From the NCBI GenBank assembly GCA_030704615.1, contig CM060731.1, positions 11,408,001 to 11,472,000 of the forward strand: DNA of 64,000 nt, given 5' to 3'. The notes below the pieces were generated by a model, which had not been told where the DNA came from, ran no database searches, and worked only from the letters and a program-made list of their open reading frames with translations. This DNA comes from Takakia lepidozioides. Its lineage: Eukaryota > Plantae > Bryophyta. Of the stretch, positions 61,492-64,000 are shown piece by piece. Position numbers and translations under genes: made by a program. The number at the start of each line of letters is the position of its first letter. Within the stretch, counting starts at the first letter, position 1.

Positions 61492-62546
61492 CTTGTTAAA
61501 TTTTCATATGTTGATCGTGTCTTAGATCTGCCGAGGGTCTATCCTGACCAACAGGTATCTAATCATTTGTAAGGTCTGACCTGTCTTCGATCTGATGTGG
61601 ACTGTGTTACATTGAAAATGAATAAGATTATGATGACAGGACTACTCGCGCAGTGAATTTGCATGTGCACATGTGGATCTTCCGAAAAGTGAGCTTGAGC
61701 TCTGGACAGCATCTCGCACGCAGATGCCGGAGAGTACCCCCAACAATCTCAATCTTTAGCCATCATGTACATAGATCCCAAAAAGACATTCTCGATTAAT
61801 CTATTTGTAATCTATTGATTCATCACGCTTCAAATTCGTTATGAACTTGCTGCAGGTGTGAATGTTGCTGTGCAGTGTAAGCTCAGCAAAAGTGGCTTTC
61901 TAGAACTCTGCCTAAAAGGTGAGATCGGCACTTCAGATGCCTATTGTGCATTCAAAATAACATTTGATTGTCAATGTAGCGTCTTCCACAAAATCTGTCA
62001 TCAAAAGATGCAAGGCTCATCTTCTCAGCAGAAAGACATTGGCAAAGGTTCTATTGGCGTTACACTGCTCTCCAAATACAGTGGTGAGGAATGCTTCTAC
62101 CTAACGTGCTGGCCCTTTTGCCTATCAACCACAGGATCGTTCTCCATTTTGCAGGAAAGTTTCTTCTGTGTTATCACGGCTGAAAGCAACGGGTACATCC
62201 CTCTCTAGAGCCTGGAACATGCAGATTACAAGCTATCATTCCCAGCATGAAGACACAGTGCAAAATTGTTCCGTTCTGCTGTATCTGTGAACCCAAACAA
62301 TACACTAACAATAACATACCAAGTCACTCAACAGATACTCTGTATAAGCATCTCAAACTATCTTGCTAACTAAGCTGCAAGTAAAGGGGGAGCTAATTAA
62401 CCAAACATGAATTTGATTCACCAATGGAATGAAGTACTGACTGTTCTGATTGTTAGAACAGGGTATATATATAATATACAACCCGAGGTGGGAGGTAGCA
62501 GTCGGACTGGATGATGGGTGGTGTCCAGATTAGCTCATAACTAAGC

Positions 62547-64000
62547 TCAAAGGGTGTGTCGATCAAGCTTCCTGACAAGAAGCTGCAATCCATATGCGGG
62601 CATAAGGGTTTGTCCTATACCAGGCGCATGGCGGTACCCCGGTGACAGAGAGAAGCTGAACCTCTGCAGCAGCATACAGAGAAGAACCTTGGCCTCCATC
62701 AATGCAAAGTTCCTTCCCAAACACATGCGGCTACCGCCACCAAAAGGAAGGAAGGCGTCTGTGTGCGCCATTGACTCCCAACGATCGGGTTTGAAACTAG
62801 TGGCATCCTTTCCCCAAAGCTCCTGGCTCTGATGAATGAGAGCAATAGGAATCACTATGGTGGTATCTGGAATTACAGATATGTCTCCCAGTTTGTGTGC
62901 CTGAATGCAGTCTCTTTCAACTGCTGCGACTGGCGGGTAAAGCCGCAATGTCTCGTCCAGTATCATCGACACCTGGGTCACAATAGTCATTCTAGTTAGA
63001 TGCATGTACTAAACATAAACCACTTCTCTTCGTACTATCAGTAAGTATTTTATGTATGTGAGCCCCCGTCATTTCATCTCAACCTAAAAAGCAGCTCTGA
63101 GCAGGCATTGTATGTAATGAAGGTGTACACTTGCCCGGTTTCCAGTCCATGTAATGCCAACATTGAGCTGAGAAGCCTTTAATGAGATTGGAAAAGCATG
63201 CTGGTTGGTACTTAAAGCGGCAAAGAAAAGCTTACTAACCGCTTTGAGGTTAGCAGTGTTTTCAGCGTCAGGTGGAGCATCCCCCAAGACCTCCTCCACT
63301 TCTGAACGCGCCCGACGCTGCCACTCGGGATGCAATGACAGCATCGTTAGTGTCCAAGTCAAAAGAACTGAAGTGGTGATGTTTCCAGCAGCAAACATGG
63401 TTCTGCATTCATGCAGGAGCTGGGTTCTGTTCATGGTGGCACTGCCTGCCTGCATCGCCTCCATCATTACTCCCAACAAGTCGTTGCCGTATATACTCTC
63501 GTGTGACGACTTCGTGTGTTGATTACCTTTGGTGGCCTGAGCAAGGCGCGCATCCACAATCTCTTCAAGTATAGAGTTTACAACGTTTTGATATCTCCAC
63601 GCTTTCCGATTGCTGGCGACTGGAAGGAACCTGCATTGACATGCACATTTTTTTTCACACATCCAACTGAAGTGGGCATCTTGACCAACGTAACTTCTCA
63701 AAATCCTGCAGGCGTACTAGTTCTGGTAGTCAGTAAGTTTTTGGACATAGTGTCTACCTGCCAAGGAAACATGCAGAGATTGATCTAACCTTGATCTCAA
63801 TAGAAGCTCTGGAGTACTTGTTACATGTGACAGTGAGAAAACGGCTGTATTTAACATTCAGGAATAGTGTGCACCCAGGTGAAATTTAGACAGGCTAGAG
63901 AGATCTATGAAATTAAGCGCACCAGAAGCCAGGTAGGAGGTGGCCGTATCCAAACTCTCTGTCACTGACTGTAGTGGCCAACGCTTTCATAGCCTCAGCG
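62547..64000 (-). CDS. Cytochrome P450, CYP72 clan; 5' part outside window
   Basis: Exons ~64000-63923, 63630-63240 and 62972-62547; YGNDLLG, ECRTMFAAG, HPEWQRRARSEV, ETLRLYPP, FKPDRW, FGGGSRMCLG heme motif. Confidence 0.92.

Overview
Eukaryotic nuclear DNA with GT-AG introns, most likely from a non-seed land plant (bryophyte, lycophyte or fern; inferred from the long, highly regular PLS-DYW PPR gene and the gene content). Six host genes are supported: an SMP-30/gluconolactonase (5'-partial, +), a ~19-exon kinesin-12 (-), an intronless pectin methylesterase (+), a thylakoid lumenal pentapeptide protein TL15 mostly missed by the ORF track (-), a PLS-E-DYW RNA-editing PPR with upstream exons encoding an OSB-type PDF motif (+), and a 5'-partial CYP72-clan P450 (-). 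The middle (15-48 kb) is transposon-rich: a TA-flanked MITE with a nested tRNA-SINE, LINE and Copia remnants, and a decayed PIF1-helicase plus AP-endonuclease (Helentron-like) element. The standout is an 11.9-kb Ty3/Gypsy retrotransposon (30762-42709, - strand, 4-bp TSD GACT). It (i) carries a DNMT3-like C5 cytosine methyltransferase between protease and RT, (ii) ends its integrase with a PHD finger, (iii) has split direct repeats (A-internal-B-A-B) instead of ordinary LTRs, with a palindromic CA-GC-TG end-to-end junction, an architecture typical of tyrosine-recombinase Ngaro/PAT elements but here paired with a DDE integrase, and (iv) has a 17-nt self-complementary primer site like Tf1 self-priming. 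This copy is frameshifted. All assignments are by eye; exon coordinates are approximate.
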